This document shows positions 1-8,510 of a stretch of DNA of 32,000 bases, one piece after another. The notes beneath the pieces are model-generated. The model was given only the letters and a program-made list of their open reading frames with translations, was not told where the DNA came from and did not search any database. Source of the stretch: an uncultured bacterium (GTDB lineage Bacteria; Auribacterota; JACPWU01); the NCBI GenBank assembly GCA_964640155.1, contig CAZXEQ010000002.1:30001-62000 (forward strand), given 5' to 3'. Within the stretch, counting starts at the first letter, position 1; each line of letters begins with the position of its first letter. Made by a program: the position numbers and the translations under genes.

Positions 1-316
1 CTTCCTTAAGCTGTCTAAAGTCAGAATCAATATACAAAGAATTATGAGGCCGCCCATGAAACCATCTTCCTTTTCCATACTTACCATTGACAAGCGTTGT
101 TCCAGCATTGATCGCTTTCTTACAACTGACTTGATTCACAGGAACAGATTCATCCAAGGACCAATATCCCAAAACTCCACGAGAGATTAAATCCTTTTGA
201 TTTTCTAACTCAATATCACTCAGACGAAGGGCAAGATTTTCTACTAGAAGAATATCCGCTTGATAAAAACAGACGGCCGCAAGAGCAATCACCCCCAATA
301 GTTTGATTCGACTCAA
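1..316 (-). CDS. N-terminal fragment of a membrane-anchored LamG/concanavalin-like domain protein, paralog of the N-terminus of the 961-aa LamG-CotH protein; continues beyond the left edge
   Basis: Absent from the ORF track because it runs off the window. The reverse-complement frame from 316 is open down to position 1: (TTG)L-SRIKLLGVIALAAVCFYQADILLVENLALRLSDIELENQKDLISRGVLGYWSLDESVPVNQVSCKKAINAGTTLVNGKYGKGRWFHGRPHNSLYIDSDFRQLKE. It aligns with residues 1-105 of the protein at 1034..3919 (MKRVWIFAVIILGCIFFYEGDIFLL; GVIAYWTFDG...GATLTNGRFGKARKFYGRPNNTLITGVDF). TTG 316-314 overlaps the TGA 315-313 of the upstream gene (TTGA junction). Confidence 0.6.
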   Translation of the reverse strand, partial: MSRIKLLGVIALAAVCFYQADILLVENLALRLSDIELENQKDLISRGVLGYWSLDESVPVNQVSCKKAINAGTTLVNGKYGKGRWFHGRPHNSLYIDSDFRQLKE

Positions 317-1005
317 CGAATTCCCCCGGGGCGATTAAAAAAGATATGGATAGATTGACTTTCAGATAGAGATTTTATTTCAGACTGAACTTCTTCTACA
401 GGTTTTTTTAAACCCGAAAATGAAAAATGAATCGAGGCTATCGCGTCTCGACTCGACGCACTCTCTAATACATTTCTAGAGGTATGTTCTTTCAGATAAG
501 CGCAAACTTGCTTCAATTTTTCTGCCGCCTTTTCTTGAGTCATTGTCAAAATCAACATCCCATCTCTTCCTCGATGTTTCAGCAATCTTTTTCCTCGCAA
601 AGCAAATAAGGTTACGATCGCAACCAAATACAGCACCATTAATAATTGAAAATTAAAAGTTGCGCAAGTAATTGATGAAGCAATTAAAAGCATGATAAAA
701 CCAACTTCTTCTGGTTCTCGAATAGGAGTTCTAAACCTCACAATAGACAAGGCTCCTAATAAGCCAAGGGACAGAGGCAGCGACATTTGTACCCCCAAAA
801 ATAAGGTTGTAATAGAGATCCCTAGCAATGGGAAGGCACGATGAACTTGACTCCCAGTTCCTCTATTTTCATAAAAATAAGTATAAAGGAGACTTGCGAC
901 CAGGGCCGACACAAGAGACACTACGAGGGCTAGCACAAAACTACTAGGATCTATTCTGTTTGCTGCTTCTCGACTTAATTCTAAAGTTTTAAATACATTA
1001 TTCAT
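313..1005 (-). CDS. DUF4956-family integral membrane protein
   Basis: 230-aa ORF with ATG at 1005, preceded by AAAGGAACAAAGG. The N-terminal half has several hydrophobic helices and the motif LGLLGALSIVRFRTPIREPEEVGFI, which I recognise as the DUF4956 signature. The C-terminal tail is soluble. It sits in the VTC/CotH neighbourhood typical of this family. Confidence 0.8.
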   Translation of the reverse strand: MNNVFKTLELSREAANRIDPSSFVLALVVSLVSALVASLLYTYFYENRGTGSQVHRAFPLLGISITTLFLGVQMSLPLSLGLLGALSIVRFRTPIREPEEVGFIMLLIASSITCATFNFQLLMVLYLVAIVTLFALRGKRLLKHRGRDGMLILTMTQEKAAEKLKQVCAYLKEHTSRNVLESASSRDAIASIHFSFSGLKKPVEEVQSEIKSLSESQSIHIFFNRPGGIR

Positions 1006-1033
1006 ACCTTTGTTCCTTTTTTATTAACATATT

Positions 1034-3919
1034 TCATTGTATCTGAGTTTGTCCAATTTGTGCAAAATACTGATCTAAAAAAACAAGTCTTTTCTTAATC
1101 CATTCTCTCATTTTATTCACAAAATCTTCTCGCGTTTCTGTCGTGGGAGAAGGCCATATTTCAAAATTTCTTTTGACACGATACTTCACCTTTTCATCAA
1201 TTTCATCCATCCTCTTCATTAAGGCGTCTTCAGAAAGAATATCTTTTCTTAACTCCTGCCATCGCTTATATAGATTTTGATTATAACCTGGGAGCACCTT
1301 CATCAATCTATTAAACAAATCATTGGTAACAATCCGGGTTTCCTCTCTCCCAAAACTTTTGTCATAGTCCCATGGCACCAGAAAAAATAAATCCTCAGTC
1401 CCATTGTTCCTCGCAATGAAAAGGTTATGATTGGGACCATCCATTTGATTTACAAAATTAAGCAATATTTGAAAATCCATCACATTATTGATATCCATAA
1501 CTTGATGGACCTTTTTTTTGAATTCCTCGTCCGAAGAGTTTCCTAAAAAAAGAATCAATTCTTCATAAGGAGCCCAATATTCTCCAAACTTTAAATGAGG
1601 TTCCTTTTGCACATAAGCTTCTTTTGCTAGACGGGAAAAACTAGCCGTTCTATTTTCTGCTTTATAAATAACACTGTGCCTGGCATCCCCTTCACGATAA
1701 GGTTCTAATTGCAGTAAATCTATTTCGATATCATTTTCAAACTCGTAAATCCCCTGGAATTCATGATCAATAAAAAGCTCTATAAGAGAGTGATGCGGAG
1801 CATATCGAGGATTCTGAATGGTAGAGAAACTCCTGAAAAGATCATAGGCCATTTGATTTCTCATAAAGGAAAGATCAATGTAACTCCCCATTAAAACCAA
1901 TTCATCCGCATGAGTCCCTAAAAGATCATGAAAGCGTTCCATACAAATTTTGTAAGATTTTTTAGGATAATTAAGCGCCGTATTACCATGGAGTTTGGTT
2001 TTTGCAAAAATTTCTTTAGAAACATCTTCTTGATAGGGTTCAATTATGTTAAAGACACAAGACACATAATCATTGCGATACAATCTGTGTCCACTGTAAG
2101 AAAGGTGAAGTATTGGCATTTTCAAAATCCTGGGCATTACTGTAAAATAAAGGGCCTTGCGCGTCTCATAGGATCCCTTCGTAAAAGTGACCTCTACCTC
2201 TACTTGCTCTGTTTCATCCCCTTTGACCCTATTAACTTTACCCATAGAGTCTATCAGCTCCGGCCTCTTCGATTCCCATCTCAACTTAACACCTTCTATC
2301 TCTTCAATCGAAAAATCTAAGTCTCCCAATATACATTCCCTACCAGGATTATTTTTTAAAACCATCTCTTCTTTAAAAAATGTCTTTACTCTTTCTGCTA
2401 TATTCTTATCTTCTTTTTCATATTCTTCCAAATTCATGGCCTTTAGTTTTTTCCTGTCTTGCTTAATTTGGTATAACACTTCCCGACTTCCCATATGATT
2501 TGTTTGATCTGCCATAAGTAAAGATCCATAACTCTTTGTCAACGCATCATATTCTTTTAACAGGTTTGATTTAGGAACAGGCAATTTCTTTAAAAACTCC
2601 TCTATTTCCCATACATCATGTATCTGTCCTTCGTAGGAAAAAAGTCCTGCATTCTCAAAATAATACAACCCTTGATATTCCCGATTAATCCATACCACTC
2701 CTATCCCTCCCTCTGAGCATGGAAGATGGTATTTTTTCTCCAAACTCTTTCTAAAAATAGCCCTTAATCCTCCATTTTTTGTAGGAGGAACAAATATAAG
2801 TTTTTTTATCCCCTGATATTGGGCTTGCCCTTCCAGTTCAACACTAAAAGTTTTTTTCCCATAGGGACTTAATCGAGAAGCGTCCCCACAAAGTTCCATA
2901 TCTGCTTTTTCTAGCCGTCCTTCTACTTCCATTTTAATTTTTCTCGTTTTGGATATTTTCTTTGGAACAATTCCATGTTCTACACTCAGATAATGGTATT
3001 TATTAAAACTTTTTATGTCCTTCTTGCTTAAATAGAAATGGAATTGGGGCAAGTCTGCTTTTATGATTTTTCCTTGATGGTAATAAGGATTCAACAAGTC
3101 GATACTTTTGATAGCTCTTTGTAATATCTCTAGACCCATCTCCAGCACGTTCTTTTTTATCACGCGCATTCTCTGACTTCTGTATTGATAGGACTCCTTA
3201 GCTTCACTTTCTTTTCTTATTTCTTCTTCTCCCATCACATAACCTCTTACGATGACTTCATCTAAAATATAGTTTAAGAAAAATCCATTTTTCATCTGAC
3301 CTAAAACTATATTTTCAGGACGCTGATAAACAGATTCTAGGGGTATTTTTTGTTTTAAGACCCCATCTTCATAGACTGCTGCTTCCTTTTTTGAGGCGGA
3401 TACTGTACAAACAACATAGACAAATTGATCGTACTTCTGAAATGGATAGGAGAGAATTTTATCTTGCCGGTTTCCAGCTAAAATTTTAAAGGAAAGTTGG
3501 TCCTTCTCTAACCAAATAAACTCTAGCCCTCCTCGATGATTACAAAGAAGGGTTTGTTTTTCCTGAGATCTAGAGAATTTAATCCAGAAAGAGAAACTGT
3601 ATTCTGATTTGAAACTTAAAAAATCAACTCCCGTAATAAGGGTATTGTTAGGTCTGCCATAAAATTTTCTGGCTTTACCAAAACGTCCGTTTGTTAAAGT
3701 GGCTCCACGGTTCAGTCCTTTTATTTGACTTACCTCATCGACAATACCTGCTCCATCAAAAGTCCAATAGGCAATGACACCCTCTTTTTCATAATATTTT
3801 TGCATCCCCCATTGAACATGCAGCATTTGATGATTTAGAATTTTTAGGAGAAAAATATCTCCTTCATAAAAAAAAATGCATCCCAAAATAATGACGGCAA
3901 AAATCCAAACGCGTTTCAA
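1034..3919 (-). CDS. Membrane-anchored LamG-domain / CotH-family (atypical kinase fold) protein
   Basis: 961-aa ORF. The start is TTG (3919-3917), 4 nt after AAGAGGTG. It has an N-terminal signal-anchor (VWIFAVIILGCIFFY). Residues ~50-235 resemble a LamG/concanavalin lectin fold (YWTFDG, LTNGRFGKARKFYG, FSFSFWIKF, LDEVIV). The C-terminal ~350 aa carry CotH hallmarks: LHGNTALNYPKKSYKI, DLSFMRNQMAYDLFR, ELFIDHEFQGIYEFEN, NHNLFIARNN..FFLVPWDYDKSFG. Confidence 0.8.
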   Translation of the reverse strand: MKRVWIFAVIILGCIFFYEGDIFLLKILNHQMLHVQWGMQKYYEKEGVIAYWTFDGAGIVDEVSQIKGLNRGATLTNGRFGKARKFYGRPNNTLITGVDFLSFKSEYSFSFWIKFSRSQEKQTLLCNHRGGLEFIWLEKDQLSFKILAGNRQDKILSYPFQKYDQFVYVVCTVSASKKEAAVYEDGVLKQKIPLESVYQRPENIVLGQMKNGFFLNYILDEVIVRGYVMGEEEIRKESEAKESYQYRSQRMRVIKKNVLEMGLEILQRAIKSIDLLNPYYHQGKIIKADLPQFHFYLSKKDIKSFNKYHYLSVEHGIVPKKISKTRKIKMEVEGRLEKADMELCGDASRLSPYGKKTFSVELEGQAQYQGIKKLIFVPPTKNGGLRAIFRKSLEKKYHLPCSEGGIGVVWINREYQGLYYFENAGLFSYEGQIHDVWEIEEFLKKLPVPKSNLLKEYDALTKSYGSLLMADQTNHMGSREVLYQIKQDRKKLKAMNLEEYEKEDKNIAERVKTFFKEEMVLKNNPGRECILGDLDFSIEEIEGVKLRWESKRPELIDSMGKVNRVKGDETEQVEVEVTFTKGSYETRKALYFTVMPRILKMPILHLSYSGHRLYRNDYVSCVFNIIEPYQEDVSKEIFAKTKLHGNTALNYPKKSYKICMERFHDLLGTHADELVLMGSYIDLSFMRNQMAYDLFRSFSTIQNPRYAPHHSLIELFIDHEFQGIYEFENDIEIDLLQLEPYREGDARHSVIYKAENRTASFSRLAKEAYVQKEPHLKFGEYWAPYEELILFLGNSSDEEFKKKVHQVMDINNVMDFQILLNFVNQMDGPNHNLFIARNNGTEDLFFLVPWDYDKSFGREETRIVTNDLFNRLMKVLPGYNQNLYKRWQELRKDILSEDALMKRMDEIDEKVKYRVKRNFEIWPSPTTETREDFVNKMREWIKKRLVFLDQYFAQIGQTQIQ

Positions 3920-3934
3920 TGCACACCTCTTAAG

Positions 3935-4615
3935 CTAAACTCCATGAACAAATTTTGAAAGACACATACCATATTTAGAAAAACTTTGAGACCGAAACCC
4001 CATCTCATACAAACGGTCTAACCAAGGAACTTCTGTTATCTTCTTTTCTTTAATCTCTAATACAATGGTTTCAATCTCTGGAGCACTGTCACAAGGCAAT
4101 ATTTCTCTGTTCGTCTGTGCAGATCGAATGGACGTATCCAGACTCACACGAGCACCTGAATAAGGGCAAATGAACCTTTCTCTGTCATATACGACTGTTA
4201 GAATTGCAAACAATCCTGCAGGCAGGGCTATCCCCAACTCATGGGCATTCTCATAGATCACTCGTGTCAGAGTCACGTTCTCTAAAGGAACTTGATCAAG
4301 CCAATGTTCTGGGAAAAAAATCTTTTTTCTTAATTTATCCCCTCGAAGACCTTCTTTTGTCTTGATTTCTAGAAACGCGGGAATTTGACCTGTCTCATCC
4401 TTGGAAGTTGGATGATACCAACGTAATCGTACTTTTGTTTTTAAATAATCTCCATTAGCCTTCTCTTGATAGGATGATAACTCAAGCGTGTCATAATAAA
4501 TGCTTGAGATACGTCCTGAAGGAAACTCCAGATCTGGAATGCAAACGTGTTGAAGCCAGCCACGCGCAAATTCAGCGGCTATTTTAGGAGCTGTAAACTT
4601 TCTTTCGTTTCTCAA
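3935..4615 (-). CDS. VTC-domain protein (CYTH / triphosphate-tunnel fold, polyphosphate-polymerase-like)
   Basis: 226-aa ORF with TTG start at 4615-4613. It shows the alternating charged beta-strand motifs typical of triphosphate-tunnel enzymes and bacterial VTC-domain proteins: NERKF, SIYYDT, KVRLRWY, FLEIKTKEG, DRERF, RVSLDT, VLEIKEK. Only 15 nt separate its stop from the CotH start. Confidence 0.8.
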   Translation of the reverse strand: MRNERKFTAPKIAAEFARGWLQHVCIPDLEFPSGRISSIYYDTLELSSYQEKANGDYLKTKVRLRWYHPTSKDETGQIPAFLEIKTKEGLRGDKLRKKIFFPEHWLDQVPLENVTLTRVIYENAHELGIALPAGLFAILTVVYDRERFICPYSGARVSLDTSIRSAQTNREILPCDSAPEIETIVLEIKEKKITEVPWLDRLYEMGFRSQSFSKYGMCLSKFVHGV

Positions 4616-4691
4616 TTGAAAGATAATCCTTTCGATATCTTATTGACAGGCCGTTGTTTAGCTGATAGTCCACCAAAAGTTTCTCTCGACC

Positions 4692-4705
4692 TTGTAGTAC
4701 TACAA
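4692..4705. promoter_or_regulatory. Perfect 14-bp palindrome TTGTAGTACTACAA, candidate operator upstream of the VTC/CotH/DUF4956 module
   Basis: Read directly: positions 4692-4705 are self-complementary at all 7 pairs. A further GTAGT half-site lies at 4710-4714. It sits 77 nt upstream of the TTG start at 4615, inside the longest spacer of the window. With no loop it cannot be a good terminator hairpin. Confidence 0.35.
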
Positions 4706-4864
4706 CGAAGTAGTCCCAATCTTTAGAAACAAATAATAAAAAAGTACAAGTCCATAATGTATCCTATAGATCGTGGCCTTGTTGGTAAAGAAGCAGTCAA
4801 AAATGAAATCAGACTAAACTTTTGGAGTGTATTGTACCTAAGCTGGGGATTTTAACAATCAAAC

Positions 4865-4892
4865 GAATCCCTGATAATTTTATAGGGGATTC
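4865..4892 (-). terminator. Weak hairpin downstream of the SDR gene (possible intrinsic terminator)
   Basis: GAATCCC (4865-4871) pairs with GGGATTC (4886-4892) across a 14-nt loop. On the minus strand the stem is followed by GTTTGATTGTT. It lies 53 nt past the TAG at 4945-4947. The long loop and interrupted U-tract keep confidence low. Confidence 0.2.
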
Positions 4893-4944
4893 ACTTATAG
4901 AGGATAAAAAAAGTCACTCACACGGGAAAATCGCATATTTTGAG

Positions 4945-5931
4945 CTAAGAAATATAGCCCTGTTCACGATACCATTTGGCAGTTTGAGCAAGTCCTTGCT
5001 TTAAACCTACCTGAGGATGATAACCCAATTCTTTTTTAGCTTTTTCAATGCTGAAGGCTCGATTCTGTCGAAACCAATCGACACGTCTACGAAAGAGGGG
5101 AGGATCCACTCTAAACGGTTTGTAAAGAATTTCACAACCTAAAGCCAGCGTCCACAAAGGCCAAAAAGGCAAATGAATCAAATTCAACTTGATTCCCAAA
5201 ACATCCGCAATGGAAGTCACAATCTCATTTAAAGAATAATATTTCTCATCTCCAATTAGATAGACTTCCCCATTTCCCTTATCCGAAGCTGCAGCTAATT
5301 CAAAAGCATCTACCAAGTTATCAATATAAACAGGATGATAATGAGACTGTCCATTCCCAAACATCAAGAACTTTCCTTTACTCACCATTTTGAAAAGCAT
5401 CAAGAAACGCTCAGGATCTCCCGGACCATAAATGGCTGTAGGTCTTACCGTAACTATTTTAAGTCCTTTGCCTAGAAATTCCTGAACAACCTTTTCCCCT
5501 TCATATTTGGTGTACTGATAATAATCTGCAGGAGTAATCGGAGAAGTCTCATCTGCAGGCTCTTTCTTCACATTACCATGAACACCACAAGTACTACAAT
5601 TCACAAATTTCTTAACCCCATATTTCAAAGCGGCTTCTAATAAATAGCGTGTTCCTTCTACATTGACATCCCAATAAATTTTCTTTGGTAAATTCACTTT
5701 TCTAAACATCGCAGCCACATGATGAACCACTTCACATCCTTTGGTCACTTCATCTACCAATTGACGATCTGCCACACTACCAATGTGAATCTGAGCTCCC
5801 ATTTTAGATAATTCATCATAAAAAAGGCCCTTTTGATTATCAATCACAACCACTTGATGACCCTTTTGTAAAAGACGCCGCGTCAAATGACTCCCCGTAA
5901 AGCCTGTTCCACCTGTGACCAATATTTTCAT
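4945..5931 (-). CDS. NAD(P)-dependent sugar epimerase/dehydratase (extended SDR family)
   Basis: 328 aa. The ATG at 5931 is preceded by GGAGAAAAA. It has the Rossmann motif KILVTGGTGFTGSHL and the catalytic YxxxK (YQYTKYEGE). The C-terminal substrate-binding region is typical of UDP-/NDP-sugar epimerases. Confidence 0.85.
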   Translation of the reverse strand: MKILVTGGTGFTGSHLTRRLLQKGHQVVVIDNQKGLFYDELSKMGAQIHIGSVADRQLVDEVTKGCEVVHHVAAMFRKVNLPKKIYWDVNVEGTRYLLEAALKYGVKKFVNCSTCGVHGNVKKEPADETSPITPADYYQYTKYEGEKVVQEFLGKGLKIVTVRPTAIYGPGDPERFLMLFKMVSKGKFLMFGNGQSHYHPVYIDNLVDAFELAAASDKGNGEVYLIGDEKYYSLNEIVTSIADVLGIKLNLIHLPFWPLWTLALGCEILYKPFRVDPPLFRRRVDWFRQNRAFSIEKAKKELGYHPQVGLKQGLAQTAKWYREQGYIS

Positions 5932-5955
5932 TTTTTCTCCCTCTTCATTCTATCT

Positions 5956-6843
5956 TTAAGACTTTTTAATTTTTGCTTTTGCAATAAGCATATACCCACT
6001 CAAAAAGAAAAGTAATTTATCCAACTGTCCTAAAAACCATAGCACTGGATAAATAAAAGAATACATCTTAAACATCTTTTGAAAATTTTTTAAATCTGCT
6101 CCCCCAACAACAATACCTTTTTTAGAAGAATCTTCGTTTTTCTTCAACAAACTTAAAACAAAAATCATGAGAGTATCTATCGATTCTGAGAAAAATTTTG
6201 AGTATGTATGATACGAAATCAGTGAAAATTTATCTCCTAAAATTTCTTTCAAACTTTTCACCGTATAACCTGGTCGTAAATGACCATGCTTTTCATCTGT
6301 TTGTCCAATCATTAATCTAAATTTTCGAAGTAAACTATTCTTGATATGAGGAACATTTAGAATCAATTCTCCTTGCGGTTTCATAATCCTAAATAATTCT
6401 TCAATAAAAGCCCTATCACTTTCAATATGCTCCAGAAAATCAACAATCACCACTCGATCAAATTCATTATCTTCAAAAGGAGTTCGTTCTCCATTAATCT
6501 GAAAAACATTTTCTTTTACTAAATCTCGGATACATTGAACAGTATTCTCGTCTAAATCAGCACTTTTCCAATGCCCACCTCTCTTACGAAGAAAGTAACT
6601 CACAACCCCATTATCGGAGCCAATATCCAAACATGCTAGCCCTTTGGTTTCAGCCAAAAGAAACGTAATCTCTCTCAGTTTGTTTTGCTTGAGAACAGAC
6701 TTACTAAAAAGAAGAATTGGCCAATTTCTATCCATTTTAATCCTTAAAATGAACTCCGCAATAAAAGTATGTTCTTTATAGATTCGAGTGGCAGGCCCCG
6801 TACTGCTTTTCAAAAGAACATACTTTTGTACGTCCCATTTCAA
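5956..6843 (-). CDS. Class I SAM-dependent methyltransferase
   Basis: 295 aa. Motif I variant is CLDIGSDNGVVSYFL, followed by an acidic loop (ADLD), post-II/III motifs DRVVIVDFLEHIE and MKPQGELILNVP, and a hydrophobic C-terminal tail. TTG 6843-6841 overlaps the TGA 6842-6840 of the upstream gene. An internal Met (MDRNWPILL) is an alternative start. Confidence 0.75.
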   Translation of the reverse strand: MKWDVQKYVLLKSSTGPATRIYKEHTFIAEFILRIKMDRNWPILLFSKSVLKQNKLREITFLLAETKGLACLDIGSDNGVVSYFLRKRGGHWKSADLDENTVQCIRDLVKENVFQINGERTPFEDNEFDRVVIVDFLEHIESDRAFIEELFRIMKPQGELILNVPHIKNSLLRKFRLMIGQTDEKHGHLRPGYTVKSLKEILGDKFSLISYHTYSKFFSESIDTLMIFVLSLLKKNEDSSKKGIVVGGADLKNFQKMFKMYSFIYPVLWFLGQLDKLLFFLSGYMLIAKAKIKKS

Positions 6844-8510
6844 AATAAAGTATAAATTTTTTGCATTTCACTAAGTTCTCTTTGCTTTTTCTCCAAAGTC
6901 CAGCCCAGTTCTTCCCCCATCACATCAGCACAAAATTTTAAAATTTCTTCACCTGGATTTCCTGCTGAACCTAATTCTGTTCGTCTTAAAATAATATCTG
7001 ATAGCTTTTGTGCCATCTCTTCTCGCACCCCATAAACTACTTGAGCTTTTAAAAGAGATAATGATGGGGACAACTTGTGATCTTCTTTTTCATTACGAGT
7101 ATATTTCAAAACTTCAGAGTGTGTTGATCCATAATTATAGATAAGACTTTGAACTTCTTCAGCTCTTAAGCCCTGTCCTCTCAATTTTTCTATAGCCTCT
7201 TCTAAATATTGATTCAACTGTTCAATATTTCCCCCATCAACAGGTGTAATGGCCGACATAGATGAAGAAGACTTCTCCCCTCTTATTTCAAACACCTTAT
7301 CTACAACTTTTTCTGCTACATCTCTGGCTGTTGTATATTTAACACCTACTGTTGAGATAAGCCCATGCAGACCTTGCGTTCGATGATCTAAAATCTGATA
7401 CTTTTTTGAAATCTGTACATTTCCTGCTTTAGGATTAACCCCAGAGCTTGGTAAAAACCCAGAATGAATCCAGGAAACATCTTTTAATGTCAATTGGGCT
7501 AAAGGGCAAGCTTGATTAAAGTCTGTCAGAAATTCTTGAACATCTTCTTGAGTAACTTTTAAATCATCTGGGTTTTTATCATAGTATGAAAGCGCAGTCC
7601 CAACCACAGAACGATTCCTCCACGGAGTAATAAAAAACAATCTGGATCCCTTATTGATTAAAGCATCTTTATCATAAAATTTATTTTTCCCATAAATGCC
7701 AACAGCATATCGATCAAAAAGAAGAGGAGTTACCAAATTAATCGATTTAACCAAAGGAAATTTTTGCCGATCTCGATATTCCTCAAGAAGACCTAACACA
7801 CGATAAACCCATGGCCCTGCCGTGTTCACAACCATTCGAGACTGAATCGAAAATTTCTCTGCCGTTAAAGTATCCTCTACTTCTACTCCACAGACTGCAT
7901 CTGTTTTTCTTAAGAAACCTGTGATCTTCACATAATTAGCACAGTGAAGACCTTTCTTCTGTGCCGATTTCAAAAAAGATAAAGTGAGCCGTTCTGAATT
8001 ATAAACTTGGGCATCATGGAATACGGCTGCCCCCGTCAGGTCTTCAGAAGGCATTTTAGGGAGAAGTCTTAGGACCTCATTTTTAGAAAGTGTGTATCCT
8101 CTGGGGATATGCTTGGAAGCATCTACATCCCAATTCCGATCAAAACTTACAGCATCATAAATAGACAATGCTATCGAAAAGAGGGATTTACTTTTCATGC
8201 CATGTCCAGAGGTTGGGATCAATACGGGCAGAGGATGAACTAAATGCGGAGCAATTTTCATAAGAGTGGTTCTCTCTCGTATCGACTCCCTCATGCGTTT
8301 GAAATCTGCATGCTGTAAATATCTAAAACCACCATGAATAATTTTCTGGCTATTGGCAGAAGTCGCACCCCCAAAATCCCTACCTTCAACAAGAGCAACT
8401 GAAAGCCCTCTTAAAACAGCATCCCAAGCAACACAAGCCCCATAAATACCCCCGCCAATAATCAAAAGATCATAGGTGACTTGAGTCAGTTGAGTCAAAT
8501 TACGCTTCAT
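6840..8510 (-). CDS. FAD-dependent oxidoreductase of the glycerol-3-phosphate dehydrogenase/oxidase (GlpD/DAO) family
   Basis: 556 aa. The N-terminal dinucleotide fold YDLLIIGGGIYGACVAWDAVLRGLSVALVEGRDFGGATSANSQKIIHGGFRYL is near-canonical for GlpD-type enzymes. The C-terminal ILRRTELG region is typical of the GlpD C-terminal domain. Its ATG at 8510 overlaps the GT4 stop by 11 nt. Confidence 0.8.
   Translation of the reverse strand: MKRNLTQLTQVTYDLLIIGGGIYGACVAWDAVLRGLSVALVEGRDFGGATSANSQKIIHGGFRYLQHADFKRMRESIRERTTLMKIAPHLVHPLPVLIPTSGHGMKSKSLFSIALSIYDAVSFDRNWDVDASKHIPRGYTLSKNEVLRLLPKMPSEDLTGAAVFHDAQVYNSERLTLSFLKSAQKKGLHCANYVKITGFLRKTDAVCGVEVEDTLTAEKFSIQSRMVVNTAGPWVYRVLGLLEEYRDRQKFPLVKSINLVTPLLFDRYAVGIYGKNKFYDKDALINKGSRLFFITPWRNRSVVGTALSYYDKNPDDLKVTQEDVQEFLTDFNQACPLAQLTLKDVSWIHSGFLPSSGVNPKAGNVQISKKYQILDHRTQGLHGLISTVGVKYTTARDVAEKVVDKVFEIRGEKSSSSMSAITPVDGGNIEQLNQYLEEAIEKLRGQGLRAEEVQSLIYNYGSTHSEVLKYTRNEKEDHKLSPSLSLLKAQVVYGVREEMAQKLSDIILRRTELGSAGNPGEEILKFCADVMGEELGWTLEKKQRELSEMQKIYTLF

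Noticed and set aside
6840-8510. Annotating the flavoprotein simply as catabolic glpD
   Set aside because: No glpK/glpF/glpT/glpR neighbours are present. The gene overlaps a glycosyltransferase on one side and a methyltransferase on the other. Only the family is assigned, not the substrate.
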